Shown piece after piece: positions 17,124 through 25,636 of a DNA stretch of 57,753 nt; position 1 is the first letter of the stretch; the number at the start of each line of letters is the position of its first letter. Source of the DNA: Candidatus Uhrbacteria bacterium (GTDB taxonomy: Bacteria > Patescibacteriota > Patescibacteriia > UBA9934 > CAZDDW01); the NCBI GenBank assembly GCA_043811105.1, contig JBDRNK010000015.1, positions 1 to 57,753 of the forward strand, read 5' to 3'. The notes under the pieces were generated by a model that was not told the DNA's origin, did not search any database, and saw nothing but the letters and a program-made list of their open reading frames with translations. Made by a program: the position numbers and the translations under genes.

Positions 17124-17379
17124 ATGTTACACAATTGAATTTTGTGATATGGATCGCGGTAAAGTGTGTTTTCGAAATAATGAGATGGACCTAACTGATG
17201 TTGAACCGGCTATTGGGCAAATTATGGAGCAGATTTGGAATCAGGTTACTTTGGTTGGAGTGACAAATTTGGCGAACGAAACATATCAACAACCAGTTAG
17301 AATTCCCAAAGAATATTGGGTAGTGACTTTTATTGATGAACTATCTCGTCGTTTTATTGATCTTAAACCGGTGTCATGA
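17107..17379 (+). CDS. small hypothetical protein
   Basis: 90-aa ORF that overlaps the upstream stop and the downstream start, so it appears to be operonic. Confidence 0.45.
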   Translation: MNMQPECYTIEFCDMDRGKVCFRNNEMDLTDVEPAIGQIMEQIWNQVTLVGVTNLANETYQQPVRIPKEYWVVTFIDELSRRFIDLKPVS

Positions 17380-17921
17380 TTGATTTGTTGATTTTAATAT
17401 TATTGTGTTTTTTTCTACTGGCATGTCTGTTTGCCTTATTTTTTGGTTTATCGGTTATTTATTCTTGTATTGGCGGTGTACCTTGGGTTCGAACCAAGCC
17501 AAAGATTTCTCAAGTCATGCTAGAAATGGCCGATGTTCAGCCCGGTCAAACCGTTCTTGATCTAGGGTGTGGCGAAGGTTCAATCTTGTTTGTGGCTGCT
17601 AAAAAGTTTAAAGCAAAAGGGATTGGATTTGATAATAATCTGGCCTTGGTTTTAATTGGGCGCTGGCGTGCATGCTTTGCCGGTCTTAGTGATCAGGTTC
17701 AGATTTATCATGGCAATGTATTAAAGAAACAATTACCAAAAGCCGATATTATCACTTGTTATTTGCTCCCGGAATTTCAAGTCAGACTTGAGTCGCACCT
17801 ACTCAAAACCATGCCTTCAGGCACAAAAATCGTCTGTCATGCCTTTAAATATCCTAATCTAAAATTACTCAAAACCAGTCAAGTTGATAAGACAAACCTA
17901 TATTTGTACCAAGTGCCATAA
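17376..17921 (+). CDS. class I SAM-dependent methyltransferase with an N-terminal TM helix
   Basis: Motif I 'VLDLGCGEGSI'. Confidence 0.7.
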   Translation: MIDLLILILLCFFLLACLFALFFGLSVIYSCIGGVPWVRTKPKISQVMLEMADVQPGQTVLDLGCGEGSILFVAAKKFKAKGIGFDNNLALVLIGRWRACFAGLSDQVQIYHGNVLKKQLPKADIITCYLLPEFQVRLESHLLKTMPSGTKIVCHAFKYPNLKLLKTSQVDKTNLYLYQVP

Positions 17922-17932
17922 TGTGTTATTAT
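17904..17932 (+). promoter_or_regulatory. promoter of leader copy 2
   Basis: TTGTAC (17904-17909), N17, TATTAT (17927-17932). ATG 17943 lies 10 nt downstream. Confidence 0.5.
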
Positions 17933-17942
17933 TGCCCCTGCT

Positions 17943-17993
17943 ATGCCCGGTAGGAAAACTTTGAATTTTAGGAAGCCGGATGCAGTTACCTAA
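17943..17993 (+). CDS. leaderless mini-ORF MPGRKTLNFRKPDAVT (copy 2)
   Basis: Same position and the same first 8-10 codons as the mini-ORF at 12280. Confidence 0.35.
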   Translation: MPGRKTLNFRKPDAVT

Positions 17994-18079
17994 TGTTGCT
18001 AAGAAAGAAAACCGTTTTTGGTTTTTAGTAACAGGCCTAATTCAATAACCACCTAAGGTTCAAAGTTTTACTACCGGGT
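17943..18079 (+). promoter_or_regulatory. structured 5' leader, copy 2
   Basis: 17946-17965 (CCCGGTAGGAAAACTTTGAA) pairs with 18059-18078 (TTCAAAGTTTTACTACCGGG) with one mismatch. The helix ends 1 nt before ATG 18080. Confidence 0.55.
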
Positions 18080-18661
18080 ATGAGCAAGGAAATTGTCTTT
18101 GATATTGAGACCCAGAATACCTTTGCCGATGTTGGTGGGTATAACACTAAAGCGCTTAAAATTTCAGTGATAGGCGTTTATTTTTATGAGACGGATACCT
18201 ATGAGGCCTTTGCCGTTGATGAGCTAAATAAACTTTGGCCTCGCCTTGAACAGACTGATCGCTTAATCGGTTTTAATAGCAAGCACTTTGATATTCCAGT
18301 AATGAATAACTATTATCCAGGAGACCTGTCGGTTCTGCCGCATCTGGATATTATGGAAGAAGTGGTTAATACTTTAGGACATCGCCTGAAGCTTGAATCA
18401 ATTGCCCAGGCCACACTTGGTTATGGTAAGAGTGGATCAGGTTTAATGGCGGTTGAATATTGGAAGCAAGGGCAGATGGATGAGTTAAAAGACTATTGTT
18501 TACAAGATGTTAAAGTGACCAAAGAGGTTTATGAGTATGGATTAAAGCACGGGGCTTTGGCTTACCCGGACTTTGGTGGAGAACGAAAGGGAATTAAGGT
18601 AGATTTCCGTCAGCAGTCGATAAAAAATCCAGCCTCGATTAATTTAACAATGCCATTCTAG
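18080..18661 (+). CDS. DnaQ-like DEDD 3'-5' exonuclease
   Basis: Exo I 'VFDIETQ', Exo II 'GFNSKHFDIPVM', Exo III 'YCLQDVKVT'. Confidence 0.7.
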   Translation: MSKEIVFDIETQNTFADVGGYNTKALKISVIGVYFYETDTYEAFAVDELNKLWPRLEQTDRLIGFNSKHFDIPVMNNYYPGDLSVLPHLDIMEEVVNTLGHRLKLESIAQATLGYGKSGSGLMAVEYWKQGQMDELKDYCLQDVKVTKEVYEYGLKHGALAYPDFGGERKGIKVDFRQQSIKNPASINLTMPF

Positions 18662-18726
18662 AAATATAGTGCTAAACAAAAATAAAAATTAGTGTCGCAC
18701 CTTTATCCACATTACATCATATTCCA

Positions 18727-18775
18727 ACACAATATGTTGTGGTATAATTACATTGCGAGACACAAGATCTAGTGG
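18727..18775. promoter_or_regulatory. two NrdR-box-like palindromes bracketing a TATAAT
   Basis: ACACAATATGTTGTGG (18727-18742) and ACACAAGATCTAGTGG (18760-18775) resemble the NrdR-box consensus acaCwAtATaTwGtgt. TATAAT lies at 18743-18748. Confidence 0.55.
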
Positions 18776-18790
18776 TTGCTACTCAGACTT

Positions 18791-18880
18791 AAGGTGGACC
18801 AGGGAGGAGAGATCGGTGAGCTCCTAATGGAAACGCTCGGCAAGGCCGAACGAAGCTCCTGTGGGGACCACCTTTTTTGA
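18791..18880 (+). promoter_or_regulatory. structured nrdJ leader with a terminator-like helix
   Basis: AAGGTGG (18791-18797) pairs with CCACCTT (18868-18874), followed by a T-run. AGGAG (18805-18809) can pair with either CTCCT 18821-18825 or CTCCT 18856-18860. Confidence 0.45.
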
Positions 18881-18929
18881 TCTGTAGAAAAAGCATAAAT
18901 AAGCCTTTAATATTTTTAAATCCCCATCT

Positions 18930-21900
18930 ATGCCCGAACAAAATGAGCTTGCGGTGAATCAGGTCGACACCAAAACAGCAGATACTGCTTCTGATGCAGT
19001 TTGGAATTTTATGACTTCACTGAAGTCTGTGTGTAAACGAGACAATCAAGAGCAGTCTTTTGATTTGGAAAAATTGAAAAAATCTATTGCTGCAGCCATG
19101 GATGCAGTTGGCAAAAAAGAATCTAATCGCGCTGAAGATATTGCCAATCAAGTGGTTTCTCGTTTAATCCACATTTATGATGGTCATACCGTACCAATGA
19201 CCGCAGACATCCGTGAGGTTGTAAATGTTACCTTGATTGATAACAACATGATTCATGTGGCCAAGCAGTATATCGAGCACCGTCAGCGTTCGCGCTCTGA
19301 TTTGGTTACTGAACCTACTTATGGAAATGGGATTGAATTTAGTCGTTTTTTTACCAAGGACAAGATTAAACCTTTTGATCAAATCACTTGGGAAAAGCGT
19401 GATGCCCGGATTACCAATGAAAAAGGAGAAATCGTTTTTGAACAAAAAGAAGTTGAAGTGCCGGTTGATTGGTCACAAACCGCGACTAATATTGTTGTTT
19501 CAAAGTACTTCCGCGGTCAGATTGGAAAAGATGATCGCGAAACCTCGGTTAAACAGATGATTGGTCGAGTTAGCTCAACAATTTCTGATTGGGGCAGTAA
19601 AGACGGATATTTTCAGTCAGCAACCGATGCTAAAGTTTTTGAGGAAGAACTAACTTATATTTTGGTCAATCAAATGGCTGCCTTTAATTCACCGGTTTGG
19701 TTTAACGTAGGAATTGTTCCACGCCCACAATGTTCGGCGTGTTTTATTAATTCCGTTTCTGATGACATGCGTTCGATTATGCATCTGGCAGCAACTGAGA
19801 CCATGCTTTTCAAAGGCGGTTCAGGCACTGGCACAAATTTGTCCAGCCTACGTTCTTCAAAGGAATTTCTTGGTGGTTCAAACGGCCGTTCTTCAGGTCC
19901 GGTTTCTTTTATGAAGGGTTTTGATGCTTTTGCCGGGGTAATCAAGTCTGGTGGAAAAACTCGTCGGGCTGCCAAGATGGTTATCCTTAATATCGATCAT
20001 CCGGATATTGAAGAATTTATTAATTGTAAGGATCAAGAAGAGAAAAAGGCCTGGGCTTTAATGGATGCCGGATATGATGGTTCAATAGATGGTCCGGCTT
20101 ATAGTTCAATTTTCTTCCAAAATGCCAACAACTCTGTTCGAGTAACTGATGATTTTATGAAAGCGGTTGAGAATGACGATGAATGGCAGACCTATGAGGT
20201 TACCACTGGCAATCCTTCGGTTAAGCATAAGGCACGAGATTTAATGGATCAGATTTGTCAGGCATCTTGGCAGTGTGGTGACCCGGGAATGCAGTATGAT
20301 ACTACAACTAACCGCTGGAATACTTGCAAGGGTTCAGGCAGAATTAATGCTTCTAATCCTTGTAGTGAGTATATGTTCCTGGATGATTCAGCTTGTAATT
20401 TGTCATCATTAAACTTGATGAAGTTTCGAAAAAAAGATCCGGCAACCGGGCAAATGGTCTTTGATCCAAAGGCTTTTAAAAAAGCAGCTGAGATAATGAT
20501 CACTGCCATGGAGATTGTTGTTGATCGTTCCAGTTACCCCACTCCGGCCATTGAACAAAATTCACATTTATATCGAGCTTTGGGTATTGGTTATGCAAAC
20601 TTAGGGGCACTGTTAATGAGTCAGGGTGTGGCTTATGATTCAGACCAGGGTCGGGATATGGCCGCAGCAATCTCTTCGCTGATGACCGCACACTGTTATT
20701 TACAGTCTGCCCGTATTGCCAAGCGAAAAGGGACTTTTTCAGCTTATGAAAAAAATCGGGAAAGTGTTTTAGATGTTTTGAAAATGCATCAAACAGCAAC
20801 CAAAGATATTGCAAAGGACGGTAGTCATCAGGAGGTTTTACTTGAGGCTTTGGCTGGCTGGGATAAAGTTATTGATAAAGCCGAGGTTTGTGGAGTGCGT
20901 AATGCCCAGATAAGTTTATTGGCCCCAACCGGTACTATTGCCTTTCTCATGGACTGCGATACTACTGGAATTGAGCCAGACATCGCTTTGGTCAAGTATA
21001 AGTGGCTGGTTGGTGGAGGAATGGTCAAGATCGTTAATCAATCCGTTGCTGAAGCCTTGGATCGAATCGGTTATTCCAAAGAAGAAATTGATGACATTAT
21101 TAAGTTTATTGATGAAAAAGACACTATTGAGGGTGCACCACATATTCAAGAAAAACATTTGTCAGTTTTTGACTGTGCTTTTAAAGCTAAGAATGGTTTG
21201 CGGACAATTCATTATATGGGTCACTTGCGAATGATGGGGGCAGTTCAGCCGTTTCTCTCAGGGGCAATTTCAAAAACCGTCAACATGCCAAATGATGCCA
21301 CACCGGCACAAGTAGCTGAGGTCTATACTGAAGGTTGGAAAATGGGACTAAAAGCAATTGCCATTTATCGTGACGGATCAAAGCGCCAACAGCCATTAAC
21401 CACTTCGCTTGATCAAGATCAATCTAAGACTAAAGTTGAGACTAAAATTGAGTACAAACCACGTCGTCGACCAATGCCGGATGAGCGTCGATCAATCACT
21501 CACAAGTTTGTTGTTGGCAATCATGTTGGGTATGCCACGGTTGGTTTGTATGATGATGGTACCCCAGGAGAAGTTTTTATCAGTATGAACAAAGAGGGTT
21601 CGGTGATTTCCGGACTTATGGATTCATTTGCTGTTTCAATTTCAATTGGTCTGCAATACGGAGTGCCTTTAAGCGTGCTGGTAAACAAGTTCGTTCACAT
21701 GCGCTTTGAGCCATCCGGTTACACTAATAATCCGAATATCCGTATTGCTAAGTCATTGGTTGACTATATTTTCCGTTGGATGGCGATGAAATTCTTGGCT
21801 CCGGAAGATGCCATTGCCGTTGGTGTTAATGTGACCATTACTGATAAAGAAGAGGCCTTGGCTGAAAAAGTTGTTAGCGAAGCAGTTGTGGTAAATCCAG

Positions 21901-22127
21901 ATGAAAACAGTAATCAAATAGCTGATGATAAAGCCGAACAATCTAAATTATTCGAAAACGGCACTAGTAAACCGGAAGATTCGGTTGACCTTTCAAATCA
22001 GAATTTAGGCGCCACTTTTGATAATCAATCAGATGCCCCGCCTTGTGACACTTGCGGATCAGTAATGGTTCGAAACGGAGCTTGCTACAAATGTTTGAAT
22101 TGCGGTGCAACCTCAGGCTGTAGTTGA
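18930..22127 (+). CDS. nrdJ: adenosylcobalamin-dependent (class II) ribonucleotide reductase
   Basis: 1065 aa. Active-site region 'NPCSEYMFLDDSACNLSSLNL' and C-terminal redox Cys tail 'CDTCGS..CYKCLNCGATSGCS'. Confidence 0.9.
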   Translation: MPEQNELAVNQVDTKTADTASDAVWNFMTSLKSVCKRDNQEQSFDLEKLKKSIAAAMDAVGKKESNRAEDIANQVVSRLIHIYDGHTVPMTADIREVVNVTLIDNNMIHVAKQYIEHRQRSRSDLVTEPTYGNGIEFSRFFTKDKIKPFDQITWEKRDARITNEKGEIVFEQKEVEVPVDWSQTATNIVVSKYFRGQIGKDDRETSVKQMIGRVSSTISDWGSKDGYFQSATDAKVFEEELTYILVNQMAAFNSPVWFNVGIVPRPQCSACFINSVSDDMRSIMHLAATETMLFKGGSGTGTNLSSLRSSKEFLGGSNGRSSGPVSFMKGFDAFAGVIKSGGKTRRAAKMVILNIDHPDIEEFINCKDQEEKKAWALMDAGYDGSIDGPAYSSIFFQNANNSVRVTDDFMKAVENDDEWQTYEVTTGNPSVKHKARDLMDQICQASWQCGDPGMQYDTTTNRWNTCKGSGRINASNPCSEYMFLDDSACNLSSLNLMKFRKKDPATGQMVFDPKAFKKAAEIMITAMEIVVDRSSYPTPAIEQNSHLYRALGIGYANLGALLMSQGVAYDSDQGRDMAAAISSLMTAHCYLQSARIAKRKGTFSAYEKNRESVLDVLKMHQTATKDIAKDGSHQEVLLEALAGWDKVIDKAEVCGVRNAQISLLAPTGTIAFLMDCDTTGIEPDIALVKYKWLVGGGMVKIVNQSVAEALDRIGYSKEEIDDIIKFIDEKDTIEGAPHIQEKHLSVFDCAFKAKNGLRTIHYMGHLRMMGAVQPFLSGAISKTVNMPNDATPAQVAEVYTEGWKMGLKAIAIYRDGSKRQQPLTTSLDQDQSKTKVETKIEYKPRRRPMPDERRSITHKFVVGNHVGYATVGLYDDGTPGEVFISMNKEGSVISGLMDSFAVSISIGLQYGVPLSVLVNKFVHMRFEPSGYTNNPNIRIAKSLVDYIFRWMAMKFLAPEDAIAVGVNVTITDKEEALAEKVVSEAVVVNPDENSNQIADDKAEQSKLFENGTSKPEDSVDLSNQNLGATFDNQSDAPPCDTCGSVMVRNGACYKCLNCGATSGCS

Positions 22128-22162
22128 GGGAAAGAAAAAAGAGACTCAGAATGAGTCTCGGA

Positions 22163-22915
22163 TTATCGGCTGACCATGCCACGAGCGATTTTGCTTTTGT
22201 CTCGCTTGGTAAAGGAAACGCAAGCAATTGAAGACTCAGCAGTTTGGTTACCTTTTGTGCTTAGGAACCAACGTTCTGCCTGGTCTGAATCATGTAAGGC
22301 ACAAAGGATCCCGATCCGTTTCATGGCCATTTGAACCTGTGAGGCCTTGATACCGTTATCACAGTGGCGTTGAATTACCCACCTGGATATGTGGGCCAAC
22401 AAAGCCTCACCGCGAAGATTTTGAGCTTCTTTATGATCAACCACGATTTGTTCCAGATCAATACTTCTCAGTATTGGTTCGCCTGATCTTGTTGGACCTG
22501 TTCCACCGCCACGACCGTGGTGTAAATCATCCGTTTCAACCAGCTCATTGGCAGGGATTTGACTGCAGGTTGTATAGTCGAAGATACGACCATTGTTTTG
22601 TTCCCAGCGTTGAGCAATTATTCCGGCAGTGTTGGGTGAAAAATCAAACTCAAATTCATCTTTACCAAAGAGCAAGCTTCGGTCATAACCACTTAAACGA
22701 ACCAGTTCTGCAGTTTCATTGACCTTTTTGATCAGCTTGATTTTGCTGAGGTAAACCAGAACGTTTCCGGTGTTGATCGAGACATGCTCATCAAAGATTT
22801 TGAAGAGCAGAACCCAAGGAATAACCGCCGGAGTGCCTAGTTTCTTACTGACAGCATAAGCCAGATTCAGCAGTTCAAAATCGCGCCAACTCAGTCCGGT
22901 TTTCAGAACATTCAT
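22163..22915 (-). CDS. hypothetical protein, paralog family A (member 1)
   Basis: 250 aa. The N-terminal ~110 aa align by eye with 22912-23625 and 24680-25468. C-terminal 'ERWFLS' motif. ATGA overlap with the upstream gene. Confidence 0.65.
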   Translation of the reverse strand: MNVLKTGLSWRDFELLNLAYAVSKKLGTPAVIPWVLLFKIFDEHVSINTGNVLVYLSKIKLIKKVNETAELVRLSGYDRSLLFGKDEFEFDFSPNTAGIIAQRWEQNNGRIFDYTTCSQIPANELVETDDLHHGRGGGTGPTRSGEPILRSIDLEQIVVDHKEAQNLRGEALLAHISRWVIQRHCDNGIKASQVQMAMKRIGILCALHDSDQAERWFLSTKGNQTAESSIACVSFTKRDKSKIARGMVSR

Positions 22916-23625
22916 GGTATTTCCTTGTTTTCTTGTTCTGGTTTAGCTACGTACCAGCGGCGCTGTTTATTTTTTTTGTCAGCTGAAAACCAATATTTCC
23001 AACGCAAAAGACCTTGCTTTTGCAACACTTTGTGAATATAGGTTGCACTGGCTTTGTTTTGGCCTCTTTTTCTAGCAATTACATTCTGGGAAATGTCTGT
23101 TGGCAGACTACCCCCAAATTTATTTTGCTTTACCCGGTGATCAGCCAAGACCTGGTCAATATCGATTCTGGCCAAAGCTTGTTGACCAGCTTTTTCCCTG
23201 GCCAAAATTCTGGCATAGTATTCTTTCTGTTTTTGTGCAGCCGCTTTTGTTTTGGCCTCGCTTTCCGTATCCTTGGCCGAGGTTCTGCAGAAAATATCAG
23301 CTTCTTTATTACGCCAGTTTTCAGCAATCTTGGTTGTCGAAATATCCGGCCAGATAGTGTCATCATCACCAAAAAGCAGTTGCTTGTCGTACTTGGTAAG
23401 ACTGGGAATGCGAACTGAAACTCGGGGATTTATCCAAACCATAAAACCTTGATCGAACAGCCTTCTGATCGCTGGACCAGGGTCAATGTAAAGAACATGT
23501 TGAAAGATCTGATGAATCAAACCGTATGGGATTGATTTCGGTTGCCTTAGCTTTTGACCAACATTTTGAGCCAAGATCAAGATCTTGTAGTCTCGTCGGC
23601 AAAGCGGTAAGTTTGGAGCCGGCAT
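22912..23625 (-). CDS. hypothetical protein, paralog family A (member 2)
   Basis: 237 aa. GCGGAGG lies 4 nt before the ATG. C-terminal 'RRWYVAKP'. Confidence 0.65.
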   Translation of the reverse strand: MPAPNLPLCRRDYKILILAQNVGQKLRQPKSIPYGLIHQIFQHVLYIDPGPAIRRLFDQGFMVWINPRVSVRIPSLTKYDKQLLFGDDDTIWPDISTTKIAENWRNKEADIFCRTSAKDTESEAKTKAAAQKQKEYYARILAREKAGQQALARIDIDQVLADHRVKQNKFGGSLPTDISQNVIARKRGQNKASATYIHKVLQKQGLLRWKYWFSADKKNKQRRWYVAKPEQENKEIP

Positions 23626-23677
23626 AGCACCTCCGCAAATGATTTATTCGATGCCGGGTATAATTTAACAGAAGCTT

Positions 23678-24220
23678 ATGGAAAATACAAATGGATACGG
23701 TTTAATTCAAATTTACACTGGAGATGGAAAAGGTAAGACTACGGCCGCACTTGGTCAGGTTGTTCGGGCTGTTGGTGCGAATAAGCGCGTGGCTGTCTTG
23801 TTTTTCGATAAAGGTGGGGAGCGATATTGTGAGCGGATTGTCTTAGATCGTCTGGGAGTTGATTGGTGGGCCTTTGGCCGTGACCGGCGGATAACTTCGG
23901 ATAAGTTCGATTTCACGATCACAGATCAAGATCGTGTTCAAGCAGCTCGTGGGCTAGATAAGTTGTCACAATTATTTGAATCGAAAAAATACGATTTGAT
24001 AGTACTGGACGAACTGAATACAACAACCAACCTTGGGATGATTAAGGTCGACGAAGTGCTATCAATCCTGAATGTTCGGCCAGACACGATTGAGCTGATT
24101 CTCACCGGCCGCAACGCCCTACAGGAGCTTCTCGACCGTGCTGATTTGGTCTCTGAAGTGCAGAACAAAAAGCATTACTTTGACCAAGGAATCCAGGCGC
24201 GACAAGGTTTAGATTTTTAG
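23678..24220 (+). CDS. cobO: cob(I)yrinic acid a,c-diamide / corrinoid adenosyltransferase (CobA/CobO/BtuR type)
   Basis: P-loop 'IYTGDGKGKTTAALG' and 'LIVLDELN'. Size of 180 aa is typical. Confidence 0.85.
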   Translation: MENTNGYGLIQIYTGDGKGKTTAALGQVVRAVGANKRVAVLFFDKGGERYCERIVLDRLGVDWWAFGRDRRITSDKFDFTITDQDRVQAARGLDKLSQLFESKKYDLIVLDELNTTTNLGMIKVDEVLSILNVRPDTIELILTGRNALQELLDRADLVSEVQNKKHYFDQGIQARQGLDF

Positions 24221-24513
24221 CCCCCCTTCGAAGGGGGGTTTGAGTGAAGGAACCGATACACTTCAGTGTGTCAAAGTTAAAATGTAGAAGAAGGCTTTCT
24301 TGCCGGCCATAGCTTTAGCGACGGCTGGTAAGTCTTTCAATTTGAGGAATGACAGCCGTTAGGTTGTTAGTGAACACGTTCTAGACATGACGGATTTGTT
24401 CGTACGTACGTACAAACACGTCGTTTTAAATAAATATATTCTAACGTAAAATACAAAAAATTTGATTCTTATGGGGTCAGGCGCTTGCCAGTCCTCGATA
24501 GCCTGTCTACATT

Positions 24514-24532
24514 CCCAACCTTTAACGTTGGG
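24514..24532. promoter_or_regulatory. third copy of the CCAACC..GGTTGG palindrome
   Basis: CCCAACCTTTAACGTTGGG (one arm mismatch), followed by ATAGTTTTT. Confidence 0.35.
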
Positions 24533-24540
24533 AATAGTTT

Positions 24541-24630
24541 TTGGATCGCGCAGATCTTATATCAGAAATCCAAAATAAAAAACACTACTTTAGTAGAGTG
24601 GTTCTGGCTCGAGAAGGTTTAGACTTTTAA
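24541..24630 (+). pseudogene. relic 3' end of a second cobO allele
   Basis: It translates to LDRADLISEIQNKKHYFSRVVLAREGLDF*, versus the live C-terminus LDRADLVSEVQNKKHYFDQGIQARQGLDF* (24131-24220). 21 of 29 residues are identical, and the relic keeps its own stop and a downstream terminator. Confidence 0.75.
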
Positions 24631-24679
24631 GAAACACAAATAAAAAAGCCCCCTGAAGATTTGTGGGGCTTTTCGTTTT

Positions 24680-25468
24680 TTATAGGTGAGGATTGTGTCT
24701 GGGTTTGACCGGGTTGTCCTTGATCTTTTTTTCAGCTTGGGCATTATCAATGGTGGGCTGTAAGCCGGAATCAGTAGCAAACTTGCGACCGTGTTCAGTC
24801 ACCCACCAGCGATGACCAGCTTCATTGCCGCGTCTTACTGAGTCAAATGATCCGTGACGTTTCCAGGATTGACGTCGACCAATCGGATTACCTTCGCCCT
24901 CAAAACCCAACAGAATAACCGCACAAGAAAGTTCGTGGTTGAGCTGGTCTTGGAAAATTGTCTCCATGAAAATGTGGTTGACCAGAGTTTGGGCTTGGAT
25001 AATGGCATTACGCTGGTTGCGTTTTTTTGCCTCTGCAAACCCATAGTCTCTTTTTCTGGTTGCATCTTTGTCGGTTTTGTAATCGTATTGAGTATCAGGG
25101 GTGTTTAAATGCGAAGCATTAAATGAGCGAACCCCAGCTTTCCAGTGATTAGCTAAGGATTGTAATGATCGATCAGGGAAGTTAATCGAGCCTTGTCCTG
25201 GTAGCGAGATCATAGAGAGTGCATCCAATTTGTCTCGGTCAATGTACAAACGTAATCCGGACTCGGTCTGTTTGGTGGTGATTAACCCGGAATTAATCAG
25301 ATGTCGAACAGTGATTTCCGCATGGCAGGAGAACAGGTGCTTTGCCAGGAAAACCAGAAGTGGCTGTGGGATTTGATTGCGTTTGTTTATCAACGACGCC
25401 AAACGAGATAGATATCTGAGAAATATGCGATGGTTCTTTGTTGTTGCTGGCAGAGATTGTCGACTCAT
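24680..25468 (-). CDS. hypothetical protein, paralog family A (member 3)
   Basis: 262 aa. GAGGAAAAACA lies directly before the ATG. TTGACT-N16-TAAGAT sits upstream on the minus strand. C-terminal 'HRWWVTEHG'. Confidence 0.65.
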   Translation of the reverse strand: MSRQSLPATTKNHRIFLRYLSRLASLINKRNQIPQPLLVFLAKHLFSCHAEITVRHLINSGLITTKQTESGLRLYIDRDKLDALSMISLPGQGSINFPDRSLQSLANHWKAGVRSFNASHLNTPDTQYDYKTDKDATRKRDYGFAEAKKRNQRNAIIQAQTLVNHIFMETIFQDQLNHELSCAVILLGFEGEGNPIGRRQSWKRHGSFDSVRRGNEAGHRWWVTEHGRKFATDSGLQPTIDNAQAEKKIKDNPVKPRHNPHL

Positions 25469-25540
25469 TGTTTTTCCTCACATAGCTACTGGTGTCATCT
25501 TAGCTAAATAATCTAAAAAGTCAAATCAACACCAAGTATA

Positions 25541-25575
25541 AAAACAAAAAATCTGACCACCGGGTCAGGTTTTTA
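25541..25575. terminator. bidirectional intrinsic terminator
   Basis: CTGACC (25553-25558) pairs with GGTCAG (25563-25568), flanked by an A-run and a T-run. Confidence 0.65.
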
Positions 25576-25579
25576 ATGT

Positions 25580-25603
25580 GACAAGCTTACGCTTGTCGAT
25601 CCC
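25580..25603 (-). repeat. REP copy (inverted orientation, AAGC/GCTT stem)
   Basis: GACAAGCTTACGCTTGTCGATCCC. Confidence 0.75.
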
Positions 25604-25636
25604 GTCTGGAACAAACTAAAGTTTGTTGATTCCATT

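Noticed and set aside
18662-18929. Cobalamin riboswitch upstream of nrdJ (and upstream of cobO at 23626-23677)
   Set aside because: I looked for the conserved B12 box and the typical multi-helix core and did not see them. The cobO upstream region is too short.
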